A stretch of 63,978 bases of DNA, counting the filler, from Candidatus Hydrogenedentota bacterium (GTDB lineage Bacteria; JBFMHD01): NCBI GenBank assembly GCA_040752395.1. It is 11 parts of 11 records of this genome, joined end to end, with 100 filler letters (N's around TTAATTAATTAA, not from the genome) between each part and the next. Parts side by side here need not be neighbours in the genome. Positions count along the whole stretch, not along the records: positions 48,053 to 52,527 come from JBFMHD010000222.1; positions 52,628 to 57,092 come from JBFMHD010000223.1; positions 57,193 to 61,596 come from JBFMHD010000225.1; positions 61,697 to 63,978 come from JBFMHD010000308.1; 7 more parts are not named here. The stretch is one strand, 5' to 3'. The notes beneath the pieces are model-generated. The model was given only the letters and a program-made list of their open reading frames with translations, made no database searches and was not told the DNA's origin. The first letter of the stretch is position 1; each line of letters opens with the position of its first letter. This document shows, piece by piece, positions 51,462-62,008 of this stretch. Made by a program: the position numbers and the translations under genes.

Positions 51462-51839
51462 TTAAATTAATCTTAACTTTGTAACTCGCGGGTCTATTAT
51501 CACATCATCATTTTCAAAATCGAGTTTTATTCTCCATTTCTGCAGTGTTGCAGCACCTATCAGGACTGATTCAGATAAATTCTCTATAACCATAAATTCA
51601 TCAGTAAATCGATAGCCATTTATATAAAATATAAGGCTTATATGTTCTTTAATTTTAACCTTTCTTCCTTTTTCAGCTGTTTCTATTCTAAAAGGCTTTG
51701 GTAGTTTATCTAAAAGTCCTAATTGAGATGCTAAATCCCTTTTAATACAAGAATAGGTAGCACCACTATCAAATAATGCTATCTCTTTCCGTTTTCCTTT
51801 TGAGCCTTCAAACAATATCTGTTTTTGTATAACTGTCAT
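51462..51839 (-). CDS. Retropepsin-like (clan AA) aspartic protease
   Basis: ALFDSGATYS catalytic motif and VLIGA..LQ. Confidence 0.8.
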   Translation of the reverse strand: MTVIQKQILFEGSKGKRKEIALFDSGATYSCIKRDLASQLGLLDKLPKPFRIETAEKGRKVKIKEHISLIFYINGYRFTDEFMVIENLSESVLIGAATLQKWRIKLDFENDDVIIDPRVTKLRLI

Positions 51840-51855
51840 TATTTTGTCTCTCTTT

Positions 51856-52239
51856 CTATCCTACCCTTTCTGATCCAATACCTATTACATACTCTCTAAC
51901 TATATTCCCTGCGATTATATGTTTCTCAAAAATCTCTTTTGCTTTAGCTGGTGTAAGTTTACCATATTTAACTGGTGAAGAATTTTGTAGTTCAATAGTT
52001 ATCATTGGTTCTTGAGAACATAATCCTGCACATCCAGTAGATGTAAACATAATATCAGTTATCCCTCTTTTATTAAATTCATCAAGAAAGGTACTCATTA
52101 TTTCACGTGCACCTGCAGCTATACCACAGGTGCCTAAATGCACTATAAGTTTACCCCTGAATTTTCCTTCTCGAAGCGAGATCTCTTTTTTAGCAGACTC
52201 TCTCATTTTCTTCAGTTCATCTATGGTCAATTTCGGCAT
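51856..52239 (-). CDS. Thioredoxin-like [2Fe-2S] ferredoxin (HndB-like)
   Basis: VHLGTCGIAAGA and TGCAGLCSQEP. Confidence 0.88.
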   Translation of the reverse strand: MPKLTIDELKKMRESAKKEISLREGKFRGKLIVHLGTCGIAAGAREIMSTFLDEFNKRGITDIMFTSTGCAGLCSQEPMITIELQNSSPVKYGKLTPAKAKEIFEKHIIAGNIVREYVIGIGSERVG

Positions 52240-52258
52240 ATATCTTTACTCCTTCTTC

Positions 52259-52510
52259 CCTCCTCTGAAAAACATTGTAACTATAATAATATCAAGTAGA
52301 AGCAAGAGGCAAGATAACGGAAGAAGTGAGAGGTATCAGGACAGGCTACGGGCTACGGACTACAGCCGGCTGGAGCCCCCTATGAAAAGTCTTGAGTCTT
52401 GAGTCTTGAGTCTCGAGTCCTGTTTTGACTCACGACTCACGACTCTTTTCATATCATCTTTAGTTTTTCATATATTGTGTAGAGCGCAACCCGCGCTCAT
52501 GACGATTCCT
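52259..52510 (-). repeat. Near-complete repeat copy upstream of the hndB-like gene
   Basis: On + strand GTAGAGCGCAACCCGCGCTCAT at about 52479-52500; terminal module at about 52259-52300. Confidence 0.9.
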
Positions 52511-52627
52511 TACTTTTGTATTTTTTTNNNNNNNNNNNNNNNNNNNNNNNNNNNNNNNNNNNNNNNNNNNNTTAATTAATTAANNNNNNNNNNNNNNNNN
52601 NNNNNNNNNNNNNNNNNNNNNNNNNNN

Positions 52628-52903
52628 AGGGGCGGCGCTTAGGGGTTAGGGGTCGGGAGTCGAGAGTCGTGAGTCAAAACAGGACTCAAGACTCAAGACT
52701 TTTCAGCAGGCTCTGGGCTTTTGGCTCCAGCCGGCTGTAGTCCGTAGCCTGTAGCCTGTCCTGATACTTCTCACTTCTTCCGTTATCTTGCTTCTTGCCT
52801 CTTGCTTCTTTCGTTATCTTTCTTTTTCGTTATCTTGCTTCTTGCCTCTTGCCTCTTGCTTCTACGTGATATTATTATAGTTACAAAGTTTTTCAGAGGA
52901 GGG
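52628..52903 (+). repeat. Repeat copy with TTAGGGG module, supplying the SD of the AMMECR1 gene
   Basis: ...TTTTTCAGAGGAGGG-ACTACTTT-ATG 52912. Confidence 0.9.
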
Positions 52904-52911
52904 ACTACTTT

Positions 52912-53475
52912 ATGCCGATAGGTAATCTTACAGAAGAAGAAAAAAAATATCTGCTTGAGCTCGCTAAACGAACAGTCTATGAAAAAATAGTTAATCGGGT
53001 GGAATACGCTCCTTCTGAAAACGACGTCCCACTTGAGCTGAAAAAACAGGGTGCTGCTTTTGTAACACTGAAAAAACATAGCGATTTACGAGGATGTATA
53101 GGCCACATCATCGCAAGAGAACCTTTATATAAATGCGTCTGCGAAATGAGCATAGCTTCAGCTACTCAAGACCCGAGATTCCCACCCGTAAATTCTAATG
53201 AGCTGAAACATTTAAGTTATGAAGTAACGATCTTGGGACCACTTGAAGAGATAAAAGACCCGATGGATTTTGAAATCGGGAGATATGGTCTATATATTAA
53301 AAAGGGACCTTATTCTGGTGTGCTGCTACCCCAGGTGCCGGTTGAATATGGCTGGGATAAACTTGAGTTCCTTGAACATCTCTGCTATAAAGCAGGTCTC
53401 GGTAAAAACGACTGGAAAGAAAAAGGAACAATAATTTATAGATTCAAAGGAGAAGTAATCGAAGAAAATGATTAA
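52912..53475 (+). CDS. AmmeMemoRadiSam system protein A (AMMECR1 domain)
   Basis: AFVTL, LRGCIG, DPRFPP and GVLLPQV. Confidence 0.93.
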   Translation: MPIGNLTEEEKKYLLELAKRTVYEKIVNRVEYAPSENDVPLELKKQGAAFVTLKKHSDLRGCIGHIIAREPLYKCVCEMSIASATQDPRFPPVNSNELKHLSYEVTILGPLEEIKDPMDFEIGRYGLYIKKGPYSGVLLPQVPVEYGWDKLEFLEHLCYKAGLGKNDWKEKGTIIYRFKGEVIEEND

Positions 53476-54280
53476 AATAAACGCTCTCACAGAAGTCTAC
53501 GCAATATTGGGGAACCCTGTTAAACATTCTTTATCACCTTTTATACATAATACCGCATTCCAGAGATATAAGATGAATAAGGTTTATCTGACTTTTTTTG
53601 TATCTAATCTAAAAAAAGCGATCGATGGTGTTAGAGCACTTGATATCAAAGGTTTATCTATTACCATACCTTTTAAGGTCTCAATAATCCCGTATCTTGA
53701 TGAGCTTGACCCTTTAAGTAAAACTATCGGCGCTGTTAATACAGTTGTAAATAAAAATGATAAGCTTATCGGGTATAATACTGATGTTTATGGTGCTATT
53801 TCCTCAATTGAGGAGAAGATAAAAATAAAAGATAAGACAGTTGTAATGCTCGGTGCTGGCGGTGTTGCTCGAGCTATCGGTTATGGTATCGTTAATAAGA
53901 AGGGTAATCTTATTATATACAACCGCACAATAAAAAAGGGGAAACGACTCGCTTGTGAATTAAACTGTCAATTTAAACCTATCGAAGAAATCAGATGGGA
54001 TAAGGTGGATATCTTGATTAATTCTACCTCTGTTGGTATGACACCTTTTATAAATGAATCTCCTATAGATATCAAGTATTTAAAAAATATAGTTGTTTTT
54101 GACACAGTATATAATCCACGTATCACCAGACTTTTAAGATTAGCAAAAAAGAAGGGTTGCGTTATTATCCAGGGTATCAGTATGTTAATTAACCAGGCTG
54201 AAAAACAATTTGAATTATGGACTGGTAGACGATGGGATAGCAAATTTAAGGATAGTCTCACAAATGAAATTAGTCGTTGA
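53468..54280 (+). CDS. aroE: Shikimate dehydrogenase
   Basis: GNPVKHSLSP, TIPFK, GAVNT, NTD and GAGG. Confidence 0.95.
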   Translation: MIKINALTEVYAILGNPVKHSLSPFIHNTAFQRYKMNKVYLTFFVSNLKKAIDGVRALDIKGLSITIPFKVSIIPYLDELDPLSKTIGAVNTVVNKNDKLIGYNTDVYGAISSIEEKIKIKDKTVVMLGAGGVARAIGYGIVNKKGNLIIYNRTIKKGKRLACELNCQFKPIEEIRWDKVDILINSTSVGMTPFINESPIDIKYLKNIVVFDTVYNPRITRLLRLAKKKGCVIIQGISMLINQAEKQFELWTGRRWDSKFKDSLTNEISR

Positions 54281-55535
54281 TAAAACAGATACTATAAGTG
54301 GTGAAGCAGAGATACCTGCTTCAAAATCACATACCATTCGCGCAGTTGTCTTTGCCTCACTTGCAGAGGGAACCTCTATACTAACATACCCTCTTGAATC
54401 AGAAGACACAAAATCTGCTATCAATGCTTGTATAAATTTAGGTGCAAAAATTAATAAAAAAGATAAAAAGATTGAAATAACTGGTTTCGCTGGTGTACCA
54501 GATGTTATAAACGATAAAATAGATACGCTTAATTCAGGAACAACAACTAACATCATATCAAGCGTTGCCGCACTTTGTGATAAAACAATTAATATTGACG
54601 GCGATGAATCAATCAGAAGACGACCGATCCAGCCGCTACTTGATGCTATTAATAATCTTGGTGCTAAAGCTATATCATTAAAAAATAATGGCTGCCCACC
54701 GCTTCAGATTAAAGGCAGACTAAAAGGTGGTAAAACCGAGCTTGATTGTAAAAGTTCGCAGTATCTTACAAGCCTTTTAATTACAGCTCCCCTACTCTCT
54801 CAAGATACCAGGATAACTGTAAAAAACATCTGTGAAAAACCATATATTGATATGACTTTAAGCTGGCTTGATGAGTTAGGGATACAATATGAAAATAGAA
54901 ATTATGATACCTTTATTATCCATAGAAACCAGAAATATAAAGCATTCCAGAAACAGATCCCTTCGGATTGGTCTTCTGCTACGTTTTTGCTTGTAGCTGG
55001 CGTTATGGCAGGAAAAGACCTTATAATCAAAGGGCTTGATCTTACTGATACACAGGCTGATAAAGAGGTATTATCCTATCTTCTAAAGATGGGCGCTGAT
55101 ATAAAATTAAAAGAAAATGAAATCATAATAAATAAATCTGAATTACAAGGATTTGAGCTTGATTTGAATAATACTCCAGATGCTCTACCTGCTATGAGTG
55201 TTCTTGGTTGTTATGCTAAAGGTAAAACAACCTTAAAAAATGTAGCTCATGCAAGAATTAAAGAAACAGATAGAATAAAAGTTATGGCATCTGAATTATC
55301 TAAAATGGGTGCAAATATAAAAGAGTTGCCTGATGGTCTTTTGATCTTGCATAGCAGATTAAAAGGCTGCGAAGTTAATGGCTATAATGACCACAGGGTC
55401 GTAATGGCTCTCTCACTTGCCGGGATGATCGCTTCTAATAAAACTATAATTGATACACAAGAAGCAATTAATGTAACATTTCCCAGCTATATAGAACTAA
55501 TGAATAGTTTAGGCACTTCTTTTGCTATAGTATAG
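54264..55535 (+). CDS. aroA: 3-phosphoshikimate 1-carboxyvinyltransferase; start 54264
   Basis: PASKSHTIR, NSGTT, SSQYLTSLL, KETDRI and DHRVVM. Confidence 0.95.
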   Translation: MKLVVDKTDTISGEAEIPASKSHTIRAVVFASLAEGTSILTYPLESEDTKSAINACINLGAKINKKDKKIEITGFAGVPDVINDKIDTLNSGTTTNIISSVAALCDKTINIDGDESIRRRPIQPLLDAINNLGAKAISLKNNGCPPLQIKGRLKGGKTELDCKSSQYLTSLLITAPLLSQDTRITVKNICEKPYIDMTLSWLDELGIQYENRNYDTFIIHRNQKYKAFQKQIPSDWSSATFLLVAGVMAGKDLIIKGLDLTDTQADKEVLSYLLKMGADIKLKENEIIINKSELQGFELDLNNTPDALPAMSVLGCYAKGKTTLKNVAHARIKETDRIKVMASELSKMGANIKELPDGLLILHSRLKGCEVNGYNDHRVVMALSLAGMIASNKTIIDTQEAINVTFPSYIELMNSLGTSFAIV

Positions 55536-55538
55536 TTT

Positions 55539-56759
55539 ATGATTAAAAAATTATCCATTTCGTATATAATTATATCATTCTTTATTTTATCAAGCCTTTA
55601 TGCTGGCTCTAAAGAATACCGTATCTTTGGCGCACTTGGTTTACTTAAAGCGATGTATGATATGAGGTTTGATGATGATGATGAGTTAAAAACAGCACGG
55701 AAAATAGAAGAGGTAATAGCAAAAAAAAATATTTATTATAATGAGAGTGAACTGGCTAATTATATAGACTCAATTGTAGAAAAGATTAAACCGTTTGCTA
55801 TCGCTGATAGAAGCACATTCAGTCACTACAGAATACACGTTATTCGCGATTATCAGCTGAATGCATTTACAGTGGGTGCCGGCTATATATTTGTCAATAG
55901 TGGTATTATTGCCAAACTTGATAATGAGGCTCAACTTGCATCAGTCCTTGCTCATGAAATGGCACATGTAACAAAAAACCATATCCAGCAGACTGTTCAT
56001 GAACATGCAAAAGTCTCAGGTGTTTTATCACTCGCTACAATCGGAATGGGCGATAAAATAGCTGAACTCTCTGATAAAGCTAATCTTGTATTAAACTTAA
56101 GTCTCAATGCTATGGTTAATGGCTGGGGTAGAGAGAAGGAAGAGCAGGCAGACCTCACAGCTGTCAGCTACATAATTAAAGCGGGTTATGACCCACGTGA
56201 GATGCCAAAGGTATTTGAAATACTGCTCGAAACATACGGCGACCCTGACCCACTCGGTAACTTCTTTTATAGTAATCACCCTGAAAATAGAAAGAGAATA
56301 ATCTATGTTAATAAATATATATCAGATAATCAAAGCTCTATCCCATTTGATGATTTAAAAATTAATCAACAGAGTTATGATATACAGACTAAAATCGTAA
56401 GGTTTGAAACAGGTAAAGATTTAATACAGGATAATCAATTTAATTCAGGTATTAAACTTCTTGAAAAAGTAAGCAGTACTGATACTTTATATCTTGATGG
56501 CTATTACTGGCTTGGCGAGGGTTATAGATTACAACGTAAACCTGAATATAGAGATAAAGCATTATCATATTACACGGATGCATTACGTATCAATGAGAAT
56601 TACGCTTATAGTTATCTCGGTATAGGTATGATTTTTTACGAGGAAAAAAATTATCCGCTGGCACGAACGAATTTTGAAAAATATCTCGCATTAAATCCGA
56701 ACGCACCTGACCGCGAAAAAATTGAAAAATTGATTAGATATACGTACAGATATAGATAA
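55539..56759 (+). CDS. M48 metallopeptidase with C-terminal TPRs (BepA-like)
   Basis: LNAF, LAHEMAH, E.QAD, NHP...R and TPR tail. Confidence 0.88.
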   Translation: MIKKLSISYIIISFFILSSLYAGSKEYRIFGALGLLKAMYDMRFDDDDELKTARKIEEVIAKKNIYYNESELANYIDSIVEKIKPFAIADRSTFSHYRIHVIRDYQLNAFTVGAGYIFVNSGIIAKLDNEAQLASVLAHEMAHVTKNHIQQTVHEHAKVSGVLSLATIGMGDKIAELSDKANLVLNLSLNAMVNGWGREKEEQADLTAVSYIIKAGYDPREMPKVFEILLETYGDPDPLGNFFYSNHPENRKRIIYVNKYISDNQSSIPFDDLKINQQSYDIQTKIVRFETGKDLIQDNQFNSGIKLLEKVSSTDTLYLDGYYWLGEGYRLQRKPEYRDKALSYYTDALRINENYAYSYLGIGMIFYEEKNYPLARTNFEKYLALNPNAPDREKIEKLIRYTYRYR

Positions 56760-56810
56760 AAAGATTAAAAAATTGAAAGATACGGCAAGGAAGTGTATAT
56801 TCTCATTTTC

Positions 56811-57092
56811 TTTACTTTTAACTTGTCATAGGAGTTAGAAGTTAGGAGTTCGTAATAATAGATACGAGTTCCGAGCTCCGAACTTTGAACTTCGAACTTT
56901 TTCAGAGGAGTACCCATGAGCGCGGGTTGCGCTCTACACTATTGGGTTCTTGGGTTCTTGGGTTATTGCGTTTTTGGGTTTTTGCGCTCTACACAAAGGA
57001 TGAAAAACTAAAGATGATATAAAAAGAGTCGTGAGTCACAAGTCGCAAGTCGTGAGTCAAAACAGGACTCAAGACTCAAGACTTTTCAGCAG
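56811..57092 (+). repeat. Repeat copy running into the contig end
   Basis: (CGAACTT)n, TTTTTCAGAGGAG-TACCC-ATGAGCGCGGGTTGCGCTC, (GGGTTCTT)n, (GTCGCAA) and (ACTCAAG). Confidence 0.9.
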
Positions 57093-57192
57093 NNNNNNNN
57101 NNNNNNNNNNNNNNNNNNNNNNNNNNNNNNNNNNNNTTAATTAATTAANNNNNNNNNNNNNNNNNNNNNNNNNNNNNNNNNNNNNNNNNNNN

Positions 57193-58902
57193 CCAGTCAG
57201 TAATCCCTGAATTATTATTAATACGAAAATATTTATGGAGTTGTGGGTTTCTTAAATTACAGGAGAGAATAAGCGTTCTTTTTTCTATTTCAGCAAAGGT
57301 TAAAGCGAGGTTCGCAAGGATCGTTGTTTTACCTTCAGCTGGTAAAGAGCTTGTAATAACAAATGATATTTTACCCCGGAAAAGAAACATTATGTTGTTT
57401 CTTAAAGTTCTAAAGTCTTCTGCAACAGAGCTCAATGATTTTTCTTTTACTATCAATCCGTATTTAGTGATTTTGAAATCGGGGATAGTTGCAAGAACGT
57501 TCAATCCCGCATTCTCTTCCATACCTCTATAACCTTTCTCAAGGAATCCCAGAACAAAGATTACGATTGTACCAATTACAACACCAATAATAAAAGCGAT
57601 ACTTATATTGAATTTTTTATCTGGTGATACAGGCTTTTGTGAGATATCAGGCTCTGTCAAAACACTCATCGTATTAAGTTTAGCGTTTTCATTCAGTCGG
57701 ATGTATTCTAATTTGTCCACCATCGAGAATAACATACTTTCTTTCATCTTTATTTCATTATCAAAATCTTCTTTTGACAATATCCCATTAAAAGCCAATT
57801 CTTTTTTTAAGGCGGCATAACTCTCAAGATTATCATCAATATTAACCAATTCTATTTCAATAGTTTTCTTTTTTAGAATAAACGTTTTTGAGAGAGTACG
57901 AAGGTAGTGTATTATCAGTGCATCTTTTTTCTTTTCAAAATCTTTTAATTTTTTTCGTGTGGACGTAAATAATTGAGATTGTTCAATCATTAATGGATGC
58001 TGTGTTTTATAGACTTTTAAATCTTCATTATATTTTTTGAGAATCTTATCAATTTCTCTTTTTATAGCAGTTAATTCTATATCCAGTAAATAATAGAGAT
58101 TATAAAACGGCTTGAGTTTTATCCGTTCTTCATTTGTAAGATATTCCTCGAAAGAATAAAGTTCTATGTTTATTGATGCTGGGTTCTCTAATGTTGTAGT
58201 TTGCATAATATATTTCAGCGTTATAATTTTGTCGTATTTTTCAGCCGGGTATTTCTTCTGAAAATCGCTTGCTTTTATCTCGTATTCTTCATCAAGTCTA
58301 TCAAGTATATCATTATATCTTTGTAATTTTGCAGATAATTCCTCTTTCTTTTCAAGCATTATGCCGAGTTGCTCAAATGATATTTTCTTTAGCTGTAATT
58401 CTGACAATTCTCTTTTTGTTTGTTCAACCTTTTCAATAAGATACCGAGTCATAGACTGCTGTGTCTCTTTATTTTTTTCATTTATGGTTTCTTTAAGGTT
58501 ATCGATAATAATTTTTAAGATATCAGCTGATACTCTGGCATCCTGCCATCGGCATACTAAAAGAATATTTTCAGATTCATCTCGTAGGGTAACAAACAGT
58601 GACCTTTTAATCTCCCTGATAAATTGATTGATATTCTTCTCATCTGGTTTTATATTTTTTGCAACTTTTTCTAAGAGTTTTTCTTGATAGATAATGTCTC
58701 TTAACGTTTTAGAAGTTATTCTGTAGGTAGGTAATATCTCTTTTAATACCTCGCCACCCTCTATCTCTTCTACCCTTATTTCAGCTCTTGATTCGTAGAG
58801 ATACGGCTGGTTTATAGTATATATCAGACCAATTATAATGCAAAGTATTACAATAAATAAAAAAATATATATTTTTTTTATCTTCTTTTTAAACATTCTC
58901 AT
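57193..58902 (-). CDS. Polysaccharide co-polymerase / tyrosine kinase (Wzc/GumC-like), truncated by gap
   Basis: TM-PYLYES..., coiled coil, PVSP-TM, AEDFRTLRNNI and Walker A EGKTT. Confidence 0.88.
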
Positions 58903-60344
58903 TATTTATTGCTGTCTACTTTATAGGTCCCTCTAATAGAACCGAGTATTCGTGCCCAGAATTCTAAAGAATCAGAGACAACAGTTTCAGGTACGTAAAT
59001 AACATCGCCGTTTTCTAAAAGTATATCTTCTTCTAAATTACCACCAATGACTTTTGAAAGGTTTACCCTGATAACCTTTGGATTGTCTGGCCAGCCGCGT
59101 ATAATCCTCGTCTGAGCCAGCTGTGCTCCGAAAGTAGGTTGTTCTGCAAAAGATAAAGCTTGAAAGATGTTCATACTCTCATATCGTGAATATAACCCTG
59201 GTTTTGCAACCTTGCCAAGAACATAAACCTCTATTAACTCTTTCTGCGGTATCATTAAGGTATCACCTGGTTTTAATATTATATCCTGCGTAACATCACC
59301 TGAGTATAATAATTTTTTTAAATCAATGGTCTCTTTTAATCCATTGTTTCTTATAACCAGAGTATTACTCAAATCTGCTTCTTCTCTGTAACCCTCTGAC
59401 AAAATTAAAGCCTCTTTTACTCTAATCCCCTCTGGTTCCCTTAATCTGTACGTGCCTGATCTCTTAACCGCTCCCACAATAATTATCTTCATTTCTGTTT
59501 CTTCGTAAGCCGGTAATATTATCGTATCCCAGGGTTTAAGATATACATTTCTTGATACATCTTCTCCTTTTAAGATTTTTAATACATTTATAATAACTTT
59601 ATTTCCATTTTTAGATACTATTATCACATTTGAGATGTCAGCGTGTTCGTAATCAATATTTGCCAGTGTGAGTATATCAAGCAGTCTTGAGTTGGGATAT
59701 ATCTTGTATTCTCCGGGGTTTGATACAGCACCTATAACTGTTACCCTGCCGGATGATACAAGACTTGTATCTTGCGGAGATATTTTTTCCGGGATGTAAA
59801 TTATATCGTCTTTTTCAAGGAGAGTATTACCTGAGCTATCTTCGCCTTTTAAAAATTTTAAAAAATCGATCTCAATCACTTTCTCTTTTCTAAAAATCTT
59901 TATTCTTTCTAAATCCGCACTCTTCTCTTTGACTTTCTGTTTGAATAAAAGTTTAGCCAGACTAAATCCGTCTTCTAATTGAACCTCGCCGTAATCCTCA
60001 ACCTCTCCTGATATATATATGCACCCCGGGCCTACCTTGATAAGCGAAACCGAGATTAGCGGCGCAACATAATATCTACTATATTCTTCTTTTAATAATT
60101 TTTCTAATTCTTTTACTTTAAGACCCTCTGCTTTTATACTGCCAATCAACGATAAAGTTATTTTACCATCAATCCCTATGGTATATTCTCTGCTTGCAAC
60201 CGCATCCCCTTTTATACTAATATAAAGGATATCATTTTTTTGTAACAGATATCTTTCAGTGTCAATAGCAAAAATTTCATTAAAAAAATTGGGTAAAAAT
60301 ATCAGGTAGAGAAACCACAAAAGGGATAATCTTAATCTCCCCAT
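58902..60344 (-). CDS. Polysaccharide export protein (Wza-like) with multiple SLBB domains
   Basis: IDGKITLSLIGSIKAEGL, repeated V.G.V..PG.Y and L..GD.I.VP. Confidence 0.88.
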   Translation of the reverse strand: MGRLRLSLLWFLYLIFLPNFFNEIFAIDTERYLLQKNDILYISIKGDAVASREYTIGIDGKITLSLIGSIKAEGLKVKELEKLLKEEYSRYYVAPLISVSLIKVGPGCIYISGEVEDYGEVQLEDGFSLAKLLFKQKVKEKSADLERIKIFRKEKVIEIDFLKFLKGEDSSGNTLLEKDDIIYIPEKISPQDTSLVSSGRVTVIGAVSNPGEYKIYPNSRLLDILTLANIDYEHADISNVIIVSKNGNKVIINVLKILKGEDVSRNVYLKPWDTIILPAYEETEMKIIIVGAVKRSGTYRLREPEGIRVKEALILSEGYREEADLSNTLVIRNNGLKETIDLKKLLYSGDVTQDIILKPGDTLMIPQKELIEVYVLGKVAKPGLYSRYESMNIFQALSFAEQPTFGAQLAQTRIIRGWPDNPKVIRVNLSKVIGGNLEEDILLENGDVIYVPETVVSDSLEFWARILGSIRGTYKVDSNK

Positions 60345-60346
60345 AA

Positions 60347-61333
60347 TTAAACCATCCCGGATTTTTCTACTAATTTAATTAAGTTATCAGTAATAGCAGA
60401 TAATTCATACTCGACTAAGTCACTGAGTAAAACCATATCATCCCTCTCAAAAGCACCGACAATATCAGATAATTTAGCCATTGTCTCTTTGATAAAATCA
60501 TTATAATTTTTACCATTTTCAAGTACTATTTTATCTAAATCAGGGATATAATTTAATTCTCGCATAAGATCCTGCAAATTATCAATTATACTTACGAATT
60601 TCTCTATTCCTTGTATTTTATTACCTGTCTGAAGTAGTGTGGCGATCTCTTCGAATTCACCCTTTTTATTTTTAATCGAAGAGAGTAAATTATTAAGCCT
60701 CTCTTTTGAAAATAACAGAGTAGAAGTATCGCTACTTTTTAATAGGAGCCAGCTAAATAAATCTTTAAATCCTGATAAAGAAAAAGGTAAATCTTTAGCA
60801 ATAAAACTTATAGTCCTGTCTCTGTTGGCTGATATAATTATCTCTTCATAAAGTTTCTTTAAGGTCCTTATATTTCCAATCCACGACCTTATGGTTTCGT
60901 TATTTACTTTTTCCCTATCTGTGTTGATTTTTAAAAGAGCAGAAACACTATCAACAACCTGCTCAATAATAGCTATCCCCTCTCGATAGTTTTCTACAAG
61001 AAGATTAAATTCTTTGTCATTTGTTAGGTAAGCCTTCAAAAAGCAGGGACAGTTTTTTATTAATTTATCAATGTGTTCGATTACCTGAGTAATGGTATCT
61101 TTTATCAGAAAATCCGTTTTCTCAATCTCGATTGAGATCTCACTGGTTTCCTCAATACTCCTTGATTTTAGCTCTTCTAAACTATCTACATAATTCTTAC
61201 CATCAACAGCTATTTTTAATATAATATATTTCTTTTGAGTAGCCCATCCATCAAAAGATTTGATAAACTCGTAAACGCTCTTCTCGTCACCGAGCTTATA
61301 TTCAGTATCCTCTCCATTAACAATAAGTCTCAT
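60347..61333 (-). CDS. Hypothetical helical protein
   Basis: 328-aa ORF with C-terminal D.VLLSDLVEYEL; stop lies 2 nt before the wza-like start. Confidence 0.7.
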   Translation of the reverse strand: MRLIVNGEDTEYKLGDEKSVYEFIKSFDGWATQKKYIILKIAVDGKNYVDSLEELKSRSIEETSEISIEIEKTDFLIKDTITQVIEHIDKLIKNCPCFLKAYLTNDKEFNLLVENYREGIAIIEQVVDSVSALLKINTDREKVNNETIRSWIGNIRTLKKLYEEIIISANRDRTISFIAKDLPFSLSGFKDLFSWLLLKSSDTSTLLFSKERLNNLLSSIKNKKGEFEEIATLLQTGNKIQGIEKFVSIIDNLQDLMRELNYIPDLDKIVLENGKNYNDFIKETMAKLSDIVGAFERDDMVLLSDLVEYELSAITDNLIKLVEKSGMV

Positions 61334-61398
61334 AACTGATTTTTATCCATCTCTTGATTTTATGTCAATTGTTTTATTATGCATATTATTGTATCCCC

Positions 61399-61596
61399 TC
61401 AGTTATAGGTTATATAATAGAAGCAAGAAGCAAGAGGCAAGAAGCAAGAAACGGCAAGCAAGAAGCAAGATAACGGAAAAGAAAGATAACGAACGAAGCA
61501 AGAAGCAAGAGGCAATAACTGACGAATTACTATTATTATAGAAGTTAATATCCCTGCAATAATGTCATCCATCACGACTCCCAACCCACCTTTAAA
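61399..61596 (-). CDS. pgpA: Probable phosphatidylglycerophosphatase A, C-terminal fragment extended by repeat sequence
   Basis: KGGLGVVMDDIIAGI is the PgpA C-terminal motif; frame continues through (CTTGCTT)n. Confidence 0.7.
   Translation of the reverse strand, partial: FKGGLGVVMDDIIAGILTSIIIVIRQLLPLASCFVRYLSFPLSCFLLAVSCFLPLASCFYYITYN
61417..61518 (-). repeat. (CTTGCTT)n/CCGTTATC array inside the pgpA-like frame
   Basis: Many GCAAGAA units on the + strand. Confidence 0.85.
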
Positions 61597-61784
61597 NNNN
61601 NNNNNNNNNNNNNNNNNNNNNNNNNNNNNNNNNNNNNNNNTTAATTAATTAANNNNNNNNNNNNNNNNNNNNNNNNNNNNNNNNNNNNNNNNNNNNTACC
61701 GCTTGTAAGCGTTGGTATCCATAAAAAAGCACCGTTAAATGCCTGTATCTTTGCACATAGAATAATTAGTAATTAATCAGATAA

Positions 61785-62004
61785 AGGACAGAAGACAGAA
61801 GACAGGAGGAGAAGGCACAAAGCATGGAAAACTAAAGATGATATGAAAAGAGTCGTGAGTCGCAAGTCGTGAGTCAAAACAGGACTCGAGACTCAAGACT
61901 CAAGACTTTTCAGCAGGCTTTGGGCTTTTGGCTCCAGCCGCTGTAGCCCGTAGCCTGTAGCCTGTACCCCGAATTATTAGAGTTACAACGTTTTTCAGAG
62001 GAGG
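61785..62004 (+). repeat. Repeat copy supplying the SD of pyrR
   Basis: ...CCCGAATTATTAGAGTTACAACGTTTTTCAGAGGAGGAGAG-ATG 62009. Confidence 0.9.
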
Positions 62005-62008
62005 AGAG

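Noticed and set aside
61697-62008. PyrR-binding attenuator upstream of pyrR or pyrB
   Set aside because: No recognisable PyrR binding-loop consensus; the hairpins present belong to the generic repeat.
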